A program made the position numbers and the translations under genes. The notes beneath the pieces are model-generated. The model was given only the letters and a program-made list of their open reading frames with translations. It was not told where the DNA came from and ran no database searches. Below, one piece after another: positions 24,631-37,488 of a DNA stretch of 64,000 nt (position 1 is its first letter; every line of letters starts with the position of its first letter). Where the stretch lies: contig CM052816.1 in assembly GCA_028534125.1 (NCBI GenBank), positions 1,798,001-1,862,000 of the forward strand, given 5' to 3'. Source of the DNA: Lama glama. Taxonomy: Eukaryota.

Positions 24631-27017
24631 CAAGGTACAAGTATTCAGTTTGTGCACAAAGGGTCTGATCTGGGCTCAAATGTCGGCTCAGCTTTGGGGC
24701 AAGCCACTAAAACTCTCAGTTTTTCCGTCGTTCAGGCAGGAGTGATAAAACCTATGTCACAGGTTTGTTTGAGCATTCGGTGAGATGGTGTGTATATCAT
24801 GCTTAGCCTGACCCCTGGTTCATAACGAGGCCTCCATAAACGTGAGTTACTCTTACAGGATCCTCGGACTTCCTCAAGGCCAGCTCTGCAAACTGAGCGT
24901 GGGTTGCTGTTGATGCTGGTCGGTAAGCCAAGCGACGCCTAATTCTTCATATGCTGGCTTCTCGGTTCTCCCCCAGCCTGTGGCGGCCACCGAGCAACAA
25001 TTCCAGCTCCATCACTTGGTGTCTGTTGCCATCGGGGTTGGGCACCAAAACCATAGCCTAGGAGCAGAGTTTTAAAACATGACGTGAGCTGGGGTTTGGA
25101 CAGCAGTTTTCTTCACTCTGTGAAACCACTTCCCAAAAAAAAGCTTATTCCCCCAGACCCCGAGGGGAACCCTGGCATTTGCAGGCTCCCACTCTTTGGC
25201 AAGCTCTTGCTGTCACATCCTGGAAGAGGTCTTGGCCAAGAGAGGAGGTGGGTGTGGCCGGGGCAGAGCTGTTGCTCGTGATGTTTGTATCCTGCTGTGG
25301 GATTTCTCAACTGTAAACGCAAAACTCATCCTTTTGAAGACACTAGACCCAAACATCACAGGCCGGGGAACACCTGCCCTCTAATGAAGGATCCCCAGCC
25401 GGGCCCCTGAACTTATCTTCTCTCACACTTCCTCACCACTTCCCCTTCCTGGGAGGCAGGGCTCAGGCTGCAGGTCTGACAGACGTGAGTTTAAGTCCCA
25501 CCTCTGCCACTCGCTGGCTAGGGGACCTGGAGCACCTGTGAGCCCTGGAGCACATTTGAGCCTCGCTTTCTTCACCTATGAAGTGGGAAGTAATGATAAT
25601 AGCTGTGGTGATTGCAAAAGTAACCAGCACCCTACCTGAGCATGGAGAAACAGCAGGGGACAGCAGGCAAGAGGGCGGGCTCTGGAGTCTGACTCCAGCT
25701 CCTCCACTCACTGGCTGACCCTTGAACAAGGCAATCTCTCTGATGGTCTCACCTGTAAAATGGGACTGACAGCCATTCCTCCCTTGACCGTACGCAGTGG
25801 GAACTAAAGGTGTTAACACAGGCAAAGAGCCTTTAACGGAGGCTGACACTTAGAAAATGCCCACACTTGCTGCCACTTCCTAGAGCCCTCAGGGGACTGA
25901 CTGTGCGGGGAGCTTGGCTAGAAGAGAGGTCCCAGGATCAGGTGTGAACCCATTGCACCCTCCATTTCAAGGAGGATTCATTGCAATAATCCTTGTTTCC
26001 CAGAATGCTTTGCAACTGTGAACTGACTCCTGAAAAGGGGGGCTGCTGGGACCCGCCTGGAGCAATCTTCCTGCGGAGCCATCGAGGAAGTCACAGAGGC
26101 AGGCACAGTCTCTCTGTCCTCTACCCCCAGCTCTCACCATCAGCACCAGCTGGTTTCCAACAGCATCTGGCCTTCTGCCTCCAATCCACCCTCACACCAC
26201 AGATTAGGCTTGCCAAGATACAGGGCTCAGCAATGCCCGTCATCCCCCTGCTCCACAACCTGCTGTTGCTGCCCAGGGTCCCAGGAAGGAGTCCCAGCCC
26301 CTCACCTGAACTTCAGAATCTCACCCAGTCTACCCCAAGCCTCATTCCCTGCTGCTCTCTCTCCATAATACGTACCTTCCCGCCTCCTTCCCCCCAAAAC
26401 AGCCTCATGGCTCTGCACTCCACCCTGCCCCAAATGCAACCCACATGCTCATACCTTTGTGCTTGTCCCCATTTGGATTGCTCAGTCTGGGATGCCCTTT
26501 TGTCTCCGGCAAATGCCTACTGATCTTTCAGAAGCCCGCCCTGTCTAAGGTAACCGCAGAAGCCTTACTCTGTGTGTGCCCCAAGTACCTCACACAGTCC
26601 TTTGTCAAAGCCAGTGGTATATTATGGTACCCCAGTTCTATGGAATATAAAGTAATTGTCTAAAGGGATGAGTAGGATCTTTAGGTGTCGATGCCCATGT
26701 CTAATGTTAAATGGAAAAAAGAAAAAAAAACAGCAGGCCATAGGCTTTGTGCAGTGGGATACCACTTGCTGAAATAAGCAACCCTTTGTTGAGAGATGAA
26801 CGTTGTTATATTTTTTGTACCGGTGTTAAAAAAAGATGAGCAAAGCCTTCTCTCATCTCTGTGGAAGTTGATGAGGGGTGAAGACTGTTGGACTTTCTGG
26901 TGTGTACTTTTGGTTGGTTGACACTTTGCAAGATGTAAGTTTTGCTTTTACAACAAAAAAAGGAAAAATTTTAAAAACAGAACAAAACCAAAAAAAAAAG
27001 CCCAGACAAACAAAATC

Positions 27018-27233
27018 CAGTGATGTGGCAGTAAACGTCTAACCACTGCTCTCTCGGGAGCCAGGGCGGGAGGGGAGACGTGATTTGTAGTGTTTGCCAA
27101 CTTCCGTGGTGTAAGTGCTCTCACCACAGTCGCTTTCAAGCTGTAATGATTCAATACCTGGCCTGCAAGTTTCCTCAAAATTTAGCAATTGGTCCTCGTG
27201 AGCAAGCATGAGCCAGCTCCAGCACATCCCATT
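27018..27233. mobile_element. hAT-Blackjack relic (MER63-like)
   Basis: cagtgatgtggcagtaaacgtctaacc...tgatttgtagtgtttgccaacttccgtggtgtaa...gagccagctccagcacatc with imperfect terminal inverted repeats. Confidence 0.8.
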
Positions 27234-28069
27234 AAGTAACTCTTTTCCACGCTCCTGACTAGATTCCTCCTTCCCTTCAGATAAAGTCCAGACTCCTGAG
27301 CAGAGCTCACGTTCCTCCACAGCCTCCGTGTTCCACCCAAGCCTGCCTCCCACCCTCCTCCTCCTCCTCCTCCTCCTCTCCGCAGCAGCCGAAACCTGTG
27401 TGTCCCTGCGGGGGCCCGTGCACTCTCCCCGCCAGGCCTCGGCCAAGGCCGTTTCCTCGGTCGGACACTGTCTCCTCTCACTTCACTTGGCTGATACCAC
27501 ATCTCCTTCAGTACTCAGCTTAAGTGCCCCTTCTTTCCAGAAGCTTCCCTGGCTGCCGCCAGAGCTGAGCTGTGCACCCTCCTGTGTAAGCCGGTCACCC
27601 TCTTCCTTCTCGGTCATCACGCTAACTCCTAACACATGCATTGCACTTACAAATGAACTCTTAATTAGTAATTAGTTCTTGTTATTTATATATTATCAAT
27701 TGTCTATAATTATGAACAATAATACGTAAATAAATGTGCTTATGTACTTAGGTAGACTGAAAGCATCTTGAGAGAGGGTAGCACCTTCATTCTCTTGTCT
27801 CCAGCATGTGACAGAATGCTTGGCATATAGTAAATGCTCAGTTAAAGTCCATCAAACTAACATACACCATACACTCTCATCATAAAATGCTCCAGTTCTC
27901 CAGGCTTGATATAGTCAAGTGACTCAAAAGACACTGCCACGCAGGTACACCTCTCCCTAAAAATCAATTATAATGACGCATGTTTGATTAATATTTATTT
28001 ACTGTTTACTATATCCATGTCCCGCTCTCAGCACCTATTAACTCATCTGATCCTCAAAAGAAAAAAAAA

Positions 28070-28569
28070 NNNNNNNNNNNNNNNNNNNNNNNNNNNNNNN
28101 NNNNNNNNNNNNNNNNNNNNNNNNNNNNNNNNNNNNNNNNNNNNNNNNNNNNNNNNNNNNNNNNNNNNNNNNNNNNNNNNNNNNNNNNNNNNNNNNNNNN
28201 NNNNNNNNNNNNNNNNNNNNNNNNNNNNNNNNNNNNNNNNNNNNNNNNNNNNNNNNNNNNNNNNNNNNNNNNNNNNNNNNNNNNNNNNNNNNNNNNNNNN
28301 NNNNNNNNNNNNNNNNNNNNNNNNNNNNNNNNNNNNNNNNNNNNNNNNNNNNNNNNNNNNNNNNNNNNNNNNNNNNNNNNNNNNNNNNNNNNNNNNNNNN
28401 NNNNNNNNNNNNNNNNNNNNNNNNNNNNNNNNNNNNNNNNNNNNNNNNNNNNNNNNNNNNNNNNNNNNNNNNNNNNNNNNNNNNNNNNNNNNNNNNNNNN
28501 NNNNNNNNNNNNNNNNNNNNNNNNNNNNNNNNNNNNNNNNNNNNNNNNNNNNNNNNNNNNNNNNNNNNN
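28070..28569. other. Assembly gap (500 N)
   Basis: Run of N. Confidence 1.
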
Positions 28570-29927
28570 GGGACATTACAAATCAACGGGTTTTAATGCG
28601 TGTAGCAGTCAGGACTACGGCGGGAGTTTCGAGGAAAGGGGGTCAGCAAAGCCCAGGAGAAGCCTTGAGGTCACGCCTGGACGAGGAGTAGTAATAACAT
28701 GAATGGCTTCGTATGATCCCCGTTTCACTGGAGAGGAGGCTGAGCCTGGGAGAGGAATGAGTTCTCCAACAGTATACAGCTCGTAAGAGGTGAAGGTCAC
28801 AACTGACCTGCCCTCGGCCTGCCCCCAGGGCCTGGGTTCATGACCTCCAGACCCAGCGGCTGACCTGAAAGGACAATGGACTAACAGACACACGGAATAT
28901 TGGCACGTCTCCTGCAGTGGCGCCAGGATCCACAGTTTGGGCGTCTCTGTGAGTCCCTGCTCTCCAGAACGCTGTAGAAGCCGAGGTCCAGAAGGACAGG
29001 AAGGGATGTCCCATCAGAGGGCACAGTGAGGGTGGTTCCTCGGACCAGGTTGGTCACTCACCTGCTTGCTTATTGCCGCATCACAGGCACAGAAGGTAGA
29101 CCAGCCTAATGGCGGCCCAGCCATCTGGTGAAGGACATGCACAGACAGGACATGCCTAGATGCACAGACAATACGTGGCCAGATGCTTTGCGGTGCTACA
29201 CACAGACCACAGGTTCCCCAGAACCCTGAGACCTCTCTGCACCTGCTGCCTGCAGCTGCTCTGGGGCCTCAGACCAGAAGGGACCCGGGGCAGGATCACT
29301 CTTGTTGGGGGACGGGGGGAACACCAGGCCCCTCTTCCCTATGCTCTATGTCCCATCGGTATCATAGCAGACAGGCCTGGGCACGAATCCAGCAGTGTAA
29401 TCCTGGAGGCGAGACTTCACCTGTCAGAGGTTTAATTTCCCCCATCTGTCAAATGGAGTTGGTGGTGGGACTGATGTCATCAGGTTGCTAGAATTAAATG
29501 ATTCACTCCAGATAAAGGGCTGAGAACGATGCCAGACAATATTTTGCTTTCAGGAATCTGCATCCAATAAGTGGTTACCACCATCATGGTTGAAAATTCT
29601 CTAACCATTTTTATGCTCCAAATCCCACCACACATCCAGCCTCTCGATTCCCTAGCTTGAATCAGCATCCATTCTCTCTGTAAGCCTCAGAGAAGTTGAG
29701 AAGCTGCCCAGAGAGACGAGGCAAGGTCAAAGTGAGGTCCCACCTACGTCTACAGGAACAGATGAGCAGAGCAGGGGAGGGCTGGGGTTGTCACTCAGGT
29801 ACTCAGTCATTCAATTATCCAGCAGCTGTGTACTGAGGGGTCATTGTGTGTCCGCCCTGTTCTGGCTCCTGCACCCACAGGACAGGACAGAGATGGCCCC
29901 TGCCTTCAAGGAACTCACATTCTAGAG

Positions 29928-30231
29928 CAGCGCCGTCCACTAGAAGGGTCATGTGAGCACATAGACAACTTTAATTTCCTTACAGCCACCTTTTTAAAAG
30001 GGTGCAATGAACTTGAATGACGTATTTCATTTAGCCCACTATATGCGAAACATAATCGTTTCAGCACAAGGTCAATATTCATAATAACTGACGAGCTATT
30101 TTACATTCTGTGGCACCAGGTCTTCTAAACCTGGTATGTATTTTACACACACAGCACATGTGAGTTCACACTGGCCACATTTCAGGTGCTCAGTAGCCAC
30201 ATGTGGCTAGTGGCTACCACATTAGGCAGCC
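29928..30231. mobile_element. hAT-Charlie relic (MER33-like)
   Basis: cagcgccgtccactagaa... ending gccacatttcaggtgctcagtagccacatgtggctagtggctaccacatt, the characteristic MER3/MER33 terminus. Confidence 0.85.
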
Positions 30232-30236
30232 TTACT

Positions 30237-30238
<2 letters not shown>

Positions 30239-30276
<38 letters not shown>
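30239..30276 (+). repeat. (TG)n microsatellite, about 19 units
   Basis: Perfect TG run. Confidence 0.97.
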
Positions 30277-30277
<1 letters not shown>

Positions 30278-30429
30278 AGTCGTCAACTGGATTGGATCAG
30301 AAAGACAGTGAGGGCTTTGGGGATGGGGGGACCAAAGTGTGTTCATCTCTGTACCCTTGTATCTGGGATTTAGCACAGAGGAGGCATTTTATCAACTGTG
30401 AGTAAATGAACGCAGAGTGGCTGCAAAGA

Positions 30430-30635
30430 CCACAGGCACAGCGGCCAAGGATTCAATCCCACTGCCTGTGACATTAAGCAAGTTACTTAGCCTCTCTGTG
30501 CCTCATATCCTTATTTGGAAAATGAGAATCATAAAAGGTGCTCATTCCTGAGTTTGGTGAGGATCAAATAAGTAAATAGATGTAGAGCACTCAGAGCAAT
30601 GCTCACCATGTAGACTGTTCTCAGTAGCTGTTACC
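30430..30635 (+). mobile_element. MIR SINE
   Basis: gcaagttacttagcctctctgtgcctca...gaaaatgagaatcataa...gatgtagagcactcagagcaatgc. Confidence 0.8.
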
Positions 30636-30640
30636 TCTTG

Positions 30641-30793
30641 TCACCATCATCACCATCATCACCATCATCAGCCTCATCACCATCATCAGCATCATCAGCA
30701 TCATCACCATCATCAGCCTCATCACCATCATCAGCATCATCAGCCTCATCACCATCATCACCACCATCAACATCATCAGCATCATCAGCATCA
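30641..30793 (+). repeat. 9-bp-unit minisatellite TCA(C/G)C(A/C)TCA x17
   Basis: Parsed by hand into 17 consecutive 9-mers (TCACCATCA, TCAGCCTCA, TCAGCATCA and two variants). Confidence 0.92.
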
Positions 30794-30812
30794 CCATCTC
30801 ACCATCACTCTA

Positions 30813-30838
30813 GTGCTCGCTTTGGCAGCACATATACT
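30813..30838 (+). pseudogene. RNU6: 3'-truncated (tailless) U6 snRNA retropseudogene, U6 nt 1-26
   Basis: gtgctcgctttggcagcacatatact matches U6 GTGCTCGCTTCGGCAGCACATATACT at 25/26; flanked by direct repeat ctcaccatcactct (30798-30811 and 30837-30850). Confidence 0.93.
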
Positions 30839-30908
30839 CACCATCACTCTGTCTCCCTCTACAGGCTTCATCCACAGTTTACCTGCATTTTGTGCCTCTG
30901 CTCAGGCT

Positions 30909-31373
30909 TGTCCCTCCCGCTAGGGCCGCCACAACAAAGTACCACAAAGTAAACAGCTTCAAGCAACAGAAATTTTTTCTCTCGCGTTATTCTTCTGGAG
31001 GCTAGAAGTCCAAGACCATCTTTGGGGCCATGCTCTCTCTAGAGGTGCTGGGGAGAATCTGTTCCATGCCTTTTTCTCGGCTTCTGGTTTTGTCAGCAAT
31101 CCTTGGCACTCCTTGCTTGCAGAGGCATCCCTTTCATTTCTGCCCCGTCATCATGTGGCATTCTTCTCTCTGTGTGTGAGTGTCTCTGTGTCTCTCCTCT
31201 TCTCATAAGGACAGCAGCCATACTGGATTCAGGACAGCCCTACAGCAGGATGACTTTACATCTTGATGACATCTGCAAAGACCCTATTTCCAAATAGGAT
31301 CACATTCACGGGTCCCAGGGGTTAGGACTTCAACATATCTTTGGGAGGAGCTGGACACAGTGCAACCCACAAC
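30909..31373 (-). mobile_element. MaLR solo LTR (MLT1C-like)
   Basis: acaaagtaccacaaa, ttctggaggctagaagtccaag, acatctgcaaagaccctatttccaaataggatcacattcac, ggttaggacttcaacatatc. Confidence 0.9.
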
Positions 31374-32753
31374 CCAGGGTTATGGTGAGGGTGAGACACT
31401 CCAGTGTGTGTGAACGCCCTGGCACCTCACAGATGCACCCCTTCTGGGCTATATTAGATCTCCTGTGCCAGTACCATGGCCACCCGTGTTCGCCATTAAG
31501 GCTGTGAGTGATCTCTGGCCCCTCTCATCACTCACAGACTCAGATTCAGAGAAATTGCCAGCTGCAAGGCCTGTGAGTTGGACTAAAAATGCATGAGAAT
31601 TAACACCTTCTGGGGTGAACTTTGGTGGCTGGAGGACTAGAAACGGGAAGAAATATTTCCTCTCCAACCCCCTGACAGGATACTGCAGGGACAGACTTCC
31701 ATATGGCCTCTCTGCGGATGTCCAGCACGAGGGAGCAATCAGCCAGCTCACTCCAGAGCTGGGCCAGGGCAGTAAGGACTCCTTCCTGTTACTCTCTCTC
31801 CTTCACCATGTTCTTACCTTTCCCTCACACCTGCTTCCCCGGGGCTGCACTTCTCCATAGAATCAGCACACAGTCCTGCAGACCTGCTCTTGCAGAGAAC
31901 CTGGATTAAGATACTCAATACATGGCAGTTCCATTGCCTTTTCAGATTCAGTCCGAGCGATGTCACCTCCTCTAAGGATGATCCGACATGCCCCCCACTC
32001 CTACCCCAGTTCCTACACGCTCCCATAGCGCCCTGAACACTCACATCTGTAATAGCACTGCCCATAGCGGAAGTGCTTGCTTTCTTGCCTGTCTCCTCCA
32101 CCAGACTACGACTCCTGCCATGGACCACACTCTACTTATCACTGTGTCCCCAGTCCCCAGATATCTGGCAACCTAATTTTCGTGATTGAAGTAGTTAGCA
32201 TCTGCTTAGCATGGTGTCACTGGGGATGGGGGTGTCTATAAAATCTCTCCGTGCACTTCCACCCTGGGCCTGAGAAAATGCCTTTTCTTTCTCTTCACTG
32301 ATGCTGAAAATGCCTTTTCTGGGTGTCAAAAATCACAATGAGAGATAAGACGCAAAATGCAAATATCTCTTAAGAGAGGAAACTTAATCCTTAAATTCTC
32401 ACTAAAATGTAAATGACTGATAGGGTGGTTCTTCTTTGAGAGGGGCAACAGAGATGACTAGTGTAAGGCATTTTATTACACATAAAGCCAACATTATGCA
32501 TGCAGCAAAGAGCTCTGGGGCAGTCTGTGGGGTGAAGGGGTGAGGGGGTAAACTTAACTCCCTCAAGTTACTCTGCCATCCATTTATTATGGTGCCCCAA
32601 ACTCCTACTCCCCTGTGGATGGAGTCTGTGAGGCAGTAAAAGAAATTAGCCCAGAAGCCAGAAGACCTGGCTCTTTCACTGGTGTTTCTACCTGCTAGCT
32701 GTGGGACCTCAGGCAAAGCCCTTACATTCTCAGTTCCTTTAATAGAAAATTAA

Positions 32754-32780
32754 GATGATGATGATGATGGTGATGATGAT
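32754..32780 (+). repeat. (GAT)n microsatellite
   Basis: gatgatgatgatgatggtgatgatgat within a MIR-like element. Confidence 0.85.
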
Positions 32781-33399
32781 TCAGTCTCTGTTTTTTACAA
32801 GGCCATTGGAAAAATCAAATAAGCAACACAATTTACATATGTGAGGAATTATTTTAAAATTTGTAATGAAGACCTTCTTGACAGAAGGACCTTCTTTCCC
32901 AGAAACCTAGAGCTCTCAGGGGAATGTTGAGGGCCAAAATTCTGTTCTCTGAGTGACTCTCAGCCACCCACACCCATGAGTGTCATCCTGCTCAGGGTAC
33001 CAGGAGTCTGTTGGCCTCTCAGGCTATGGGGAACTACTGTCGTGCTAGGTGTGCCTCACCCACACTCTGATTCCCCCTCAGCCCCCAGAAGAGGATGTGG
33101 CCACCAGATCTTCCTCCTGGAATCACTCAGCTCCTCACTAAGGGCCTAAACTCCACCTGAGCTGGAATGCATGAAGCACCCAGTTCTAATTTCAGGTTTA
33201 ACTTGAGGAGGATGTCAGCTAGATATGTTTTTTTTTCCTTTTGATGGAAAGTTTAAATGAAAATACTTGAGAAATGAAAAAGACCACAATGTCAAATCAG
33301 AAAGGTAAAAACCACTGCGATGTCTCTGCCCAGGGGTGTTTCTGTTCTCTCTAGGAAATACCCCAAAATGTAGGCTTTTCCTATCTGGATTCATCCTCA

Positions 33400-33593
33400 C
33401 ACATCATCGCTTCTGCCAAGTTCAGTGAGTCAAGGTAGTTACAAAGGTCTGCCCAGGTTTCTGGGGTGAGGGGCTGACCCTCCCCTCCACGTCAATGGTG
33501 ATGTGTCACATTGTAAAAATGTCACGTCAAAGAGCAGCATGTGGGATGGGATATACGTTGCTGTGGCCATCTCTGGAAAATTCTACCTGCCAC
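33400..33593 (-). mobile_element. MaLR LTR fragment (MLT1G/H-like)
   Basis: gcatgtgggatgggatata...tggccatctctggaaaattctacctgccac; same family terminus as 15000-15520. Confidence 0.65.
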
Positions 33594-34081
33594 GCTAGCT
33601 TTTAAATGGAGAAGAAAAAGATAGTCAGGCTGAAAAAATAAAATGTGAATTATTATAGGCATTCAGATTGCAAGAAAACAGCAGTTTTGGTAAGCTTAAC
33701 AAAGCATCGCTTTAGAATATATTTTGCCAATAATGTGACTAATGATGTTACGTGCTTCCCAGCCTAGAGGGTCTCCATAACATGATCTCCTTTAATCCAG
33801 CAATGCTGCCAGGAGGGGCATCTACATCCCAGCGAGGGAGACAGGCTCCCAGCAGTAGGTGAGTTGCTCCTGGTCACACACTAGTTAGTGATGCTACTGG
33901 AGCTTGAACCCAGGGCTTCTGACTTGAACTCAAAAGTCTATAGACATTTTCAGACTAGTAATCTGGTTCTAGACAGAGCTTTGCCACAGTTTAAGTCTCA
34001 GCAAATCACTTTTCTCTCGGAGACTCAGTCTCTGTATCTGTAAATGTAGAGGATTGCACTAGAGGAGTTTAAACTTTTTCT

Positions 34082-34084
<3 letters not shown>

Positions 34085-34126
<42 letters not shown>
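34085..34126 (+). repeat. (ATC)n microsatellite, about 14 units
   Basis: Perfect ATC run. Confidence 0.97.
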
Positions 34127-34127
<1 letters not shown>

Positions 34128-34204
34128 ACCAGACCCTTTTCCCCAGTGAAATCTTATGAGGATTCCCACTCTATGAAACATTTATTCAAAAGCAGAGCTG
34201 CTAT

Positions 34205-34730
34205 ACCCACCAGAGCTAAACATGCAATCTCCCTACAATCCACCCCGAGTGTATGCTCAACAGAAATGCATTCATTTGTCCACCACAAGACTGGTGGGAG
34301 AATGTTCATGGCAGCTATGTTAATAATACCAAAACCTGGAAACAACTCAAAAGCTCATTAATAGAAAAGATCAATAAATCATGGTGCAGTCATCCAAGGG
34401 AATACTACACAGCAATGAAAAAGGACAGGCTATTGCTACCAGCAAAAACATAAGATGAATCTCTCAGATATAATTGTGAGCAAAAGAATATAAATTTTAT
34501 ACTTCCATTCATGTGAAGTTCAAAAACAGATAAGATCGGCATGGTGGTTACCTCTGGTGAGGATACTGACTGGGTGGGGAAAGCGGAGAGCTTGCCCAGG
34601 GGTGTAGAAGATGTTCATCCTGATCTGGGTAGTGGCTACAGAGATGTACAAATAGATAAAAGCGCATCAAGCTTTATCATTGAGACGCGTGTACTTTACC
34701 ATATTTAAGTTGTACCTCGAAAAAAATAAA
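34205..34730 (+). mobile_element. Old L1 (L1MD/ME-like) 3' end
   Basis: cagaaatgcattcatttgtccaccacaagac...aaaacctggaaacaactcaaa...gaatactacacagcaatgaaaa...ttccattcatgtgaagttcaaaaacag...gttgtacctcgaaaaaaataaa. Confidence 0.85.
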
Positions 34731-37488
34731 GGTAAAAACAATGTGGAATTCCTCTGGTTGTAAACAAGAGGGTTTTGAAGATCCATCTGTTGAGCCTTTG
34801 ACCTACTACCTCTCTCTGCCCACCGCTTGGGAGACCCTAAAGAACCACGGGGTGCAGTTTTAAAGACCACCAGACTAGACCATCCCTAAGAAAAGCAGGC
34901 CCAATAGAGTCACTTGGGAATTCAGCTTCGACCACCTCGACATCATCCCATAGGTGACAACTGTTTCAAACACCCAACTCCCCAACCCCTGGTTATCTTG
35001 TCTTACCCTTGCTCTTGTCGCCTAATCCCCTGCCCTCCAGGGCCTGAAGCCCATGTACTGCCCCCAGGACCAAAGCCCCCTGTGAACTCTCCCTAAGCAT
35101 CATCGTCCTCTTCCAACTTCCCCTGAAGGCCCATGCAAGCTTACCTCCTGGTGGTAACACAAGCTCCCAGGTCCATCCACTGATGTTCGGATTCTGGTTC
35201 CTTTACTCGTAGCTGGATGTGCTTCTTCTTTGGCCACTGAGGTTGTTAATTGTACAGACCGCACTGAATTGTGAGGAGAATTCATTAAGACAGTTCATGG
35301 AGAGGACCTGGCACTGTGTCCAACCCACCCTAGGCGCTCAGTAAGTGTTAGCTATTCTTCTGATCACTGTTGTCTGTCCTCCGGGGCTGTCATTGCTTGC
35401 TTATGGCTAGATAATAAACAGCTTTAAAAAATTAACAGGAATCTAGTAAAACGTTTACCACATGCTCTGCTGGACTTCTTCCTCTCAGCCTAGCCCCCTT
35501 GTGAGTGGACTGAAGGAGGTTATATTTCCAAAGTCACACAACTGATCAACGATGGAGTCAAGACTCAAATCCAAGCCATCCTGACCCCAAAGCTCATCAT
35601 CGTCAGCTCTTGGCTACCTCGCTCAGTGAGCCATGTACCAGAGTTGACACAGAAGGGACCCAATCCTAAAAGAGCGAATATACACGGGTGCCAGTGGTGT
35701 GATAAAAAGAGTTTGGAACCAAACATACCTGGATTCTAATCCCGGGTGATGGGGTTTACCAGCTCTATGCACTTGCACTAATTTTTAATTTCTCCCAGCC
35801 TCAATTGCTTCATCTGTTAACTGAGATACAGCATTGGAAGGCATTAAGTGAACTTCGTAATTGTAGCCAAAAGGAAAGAAAAGTTAACTGTGGGGATTTC
35901 CAGCATCATGGGATGCTGGTAAGGAGTGACTTGGGGAAGGGGCCCTGCACTTCATCCATGCTTCACCCAGGTCTTCCTCCAGTTCAGAATGGAACTCCTT
36001 ATCCAGGGACAACCGCTCCTAAGACGAGGGAGTTTTTTTACAGATCAAATGATGCCAAAGTGCAAAATGTTAACTCCTGTCTGTGGTTCTGGTCTCTCTT
36101 CCTCTCAGTTGTCAGTTTAAAAAAGAAAAGACAGTTGGTAAAAACTAACCTCCTCTTTCAGCCCATCTTCCTCTTCTTGTTTCCAAAACAGAGCCTACAA
36201 GAGAATTCAAGGCAGTTTTAGTTTTCAAATAGCCCATCTCTATAATTCTCTCTTCCTCCTCAGCCGTCGATAATACTTCCTCTCCCTGCCTCATTCTGCT
36301 TTAGAAGCACAGCCATGCCTTAAGTGAGAGGAATTAAGGTGACACCCGAGACCCCACAATTTTAGCACTCCCAGGTTGCCGTGAGGAGCAGGTGGCTGGA
36401 ACAGTGACTCAGAGTCAGAAGGGAAGAATTTGGCAATAAGTGTGGGCTAAAAAGGTCTGACATTCAAACACACTCACTTCATAACCCTCCACCACCCCGA
36501 GAGGTAGGTGGGGCCATTATGCTCTCTTGCTCACCTCCACACAAGGGATCGAGGCTGCCATTTCTTCTGTCGCTGGCGCCCTCTCCTTTTCCGCTCGAGG
36601 GTCGCCTCTGATGGCCAGTGTGTCAAGACCACACCTCTCCAGGCCTGATAGAACATCATCATGTGATGTGGGCGTATTCGAGCATCTGTGAGGGAGAGTA
36701 CAGTCTTCCTGGAAGAGCATTTTGGCCGCGAGAAATGAATCTTTAAAAGGCTGGTTCCCAGTAGCACCAGTGACATCCAGTGTATTATGGAGCCGCAGCT
36801 TGCCAGGGTTTCAGACACAGACTTAGCACCGATCGTGTGCACTCAAACCCTCTTTGCAATGCTTGAAATCACCTTGGTCCAATTCCACTTATCTCCAGTT
36901 ATTATAGGTTATTCAGTCCCATTGTGTCTCTATAGAATTCTGTAGAACTGGATTTTCTTGCTGAGGGAAGATCACGGAGAGTTACGCTGATCAGATGTCA
37001 GTGAGGAATCTAGAAACCTGGGAAGAGAAAACAGGAAAGTTAGAAGGGGAGGCTAAGAGGCGACAAGAATTTCCAGAAGGAGTTCAGTTAATGCTGTCAT
37101 CCTAGGTGAGGTGCGATTCTGGGCTGGGCTCCCTCACCCCTCCCAGGACAGCAGAAGAAAGGAGGACAATGATCAGAAATGCTCCCGCCGACCTGGGGTG
37201 TGAATCCCAGCTCTGCCATTTGAACAAGATATCGAATTCCCCGTGGCCTGTTTCCTCATCCATTAAATGATGGATGATAATAACATGCATTTGGGATGCT
37301 GTGGGGATAAAAAGAGGTATCATGGCTGCAGTGCCTGTTGCACAGAGGGATTTCCACAAACGTTAGCCACCGTTACTATCTGCACCCTGACATTTTTAAT
37401 CATTCATCGTGACTGTGAGCGCCTGAATGCTAATGTGCATTGCCATTTGCACAGAGACTACTGCATTGTTTAAAAGCGTATCTTTGCA

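Noticed and set aside
27984..28700. ORFs across the third gap, and the CpG-rich stretch just after it
   Set aside because: The ORFs are N read-through; sequence at a contig edge may be low quality, so the CpG excess is unreliable.
30638..30952. 104-aa Ser/Pro/Ala-rich ORF (His-rich in another frame)
   Set aside because: Translation of the 9-bp minisatellite, the U6 fragment and an MLT1 edge; TTG start.
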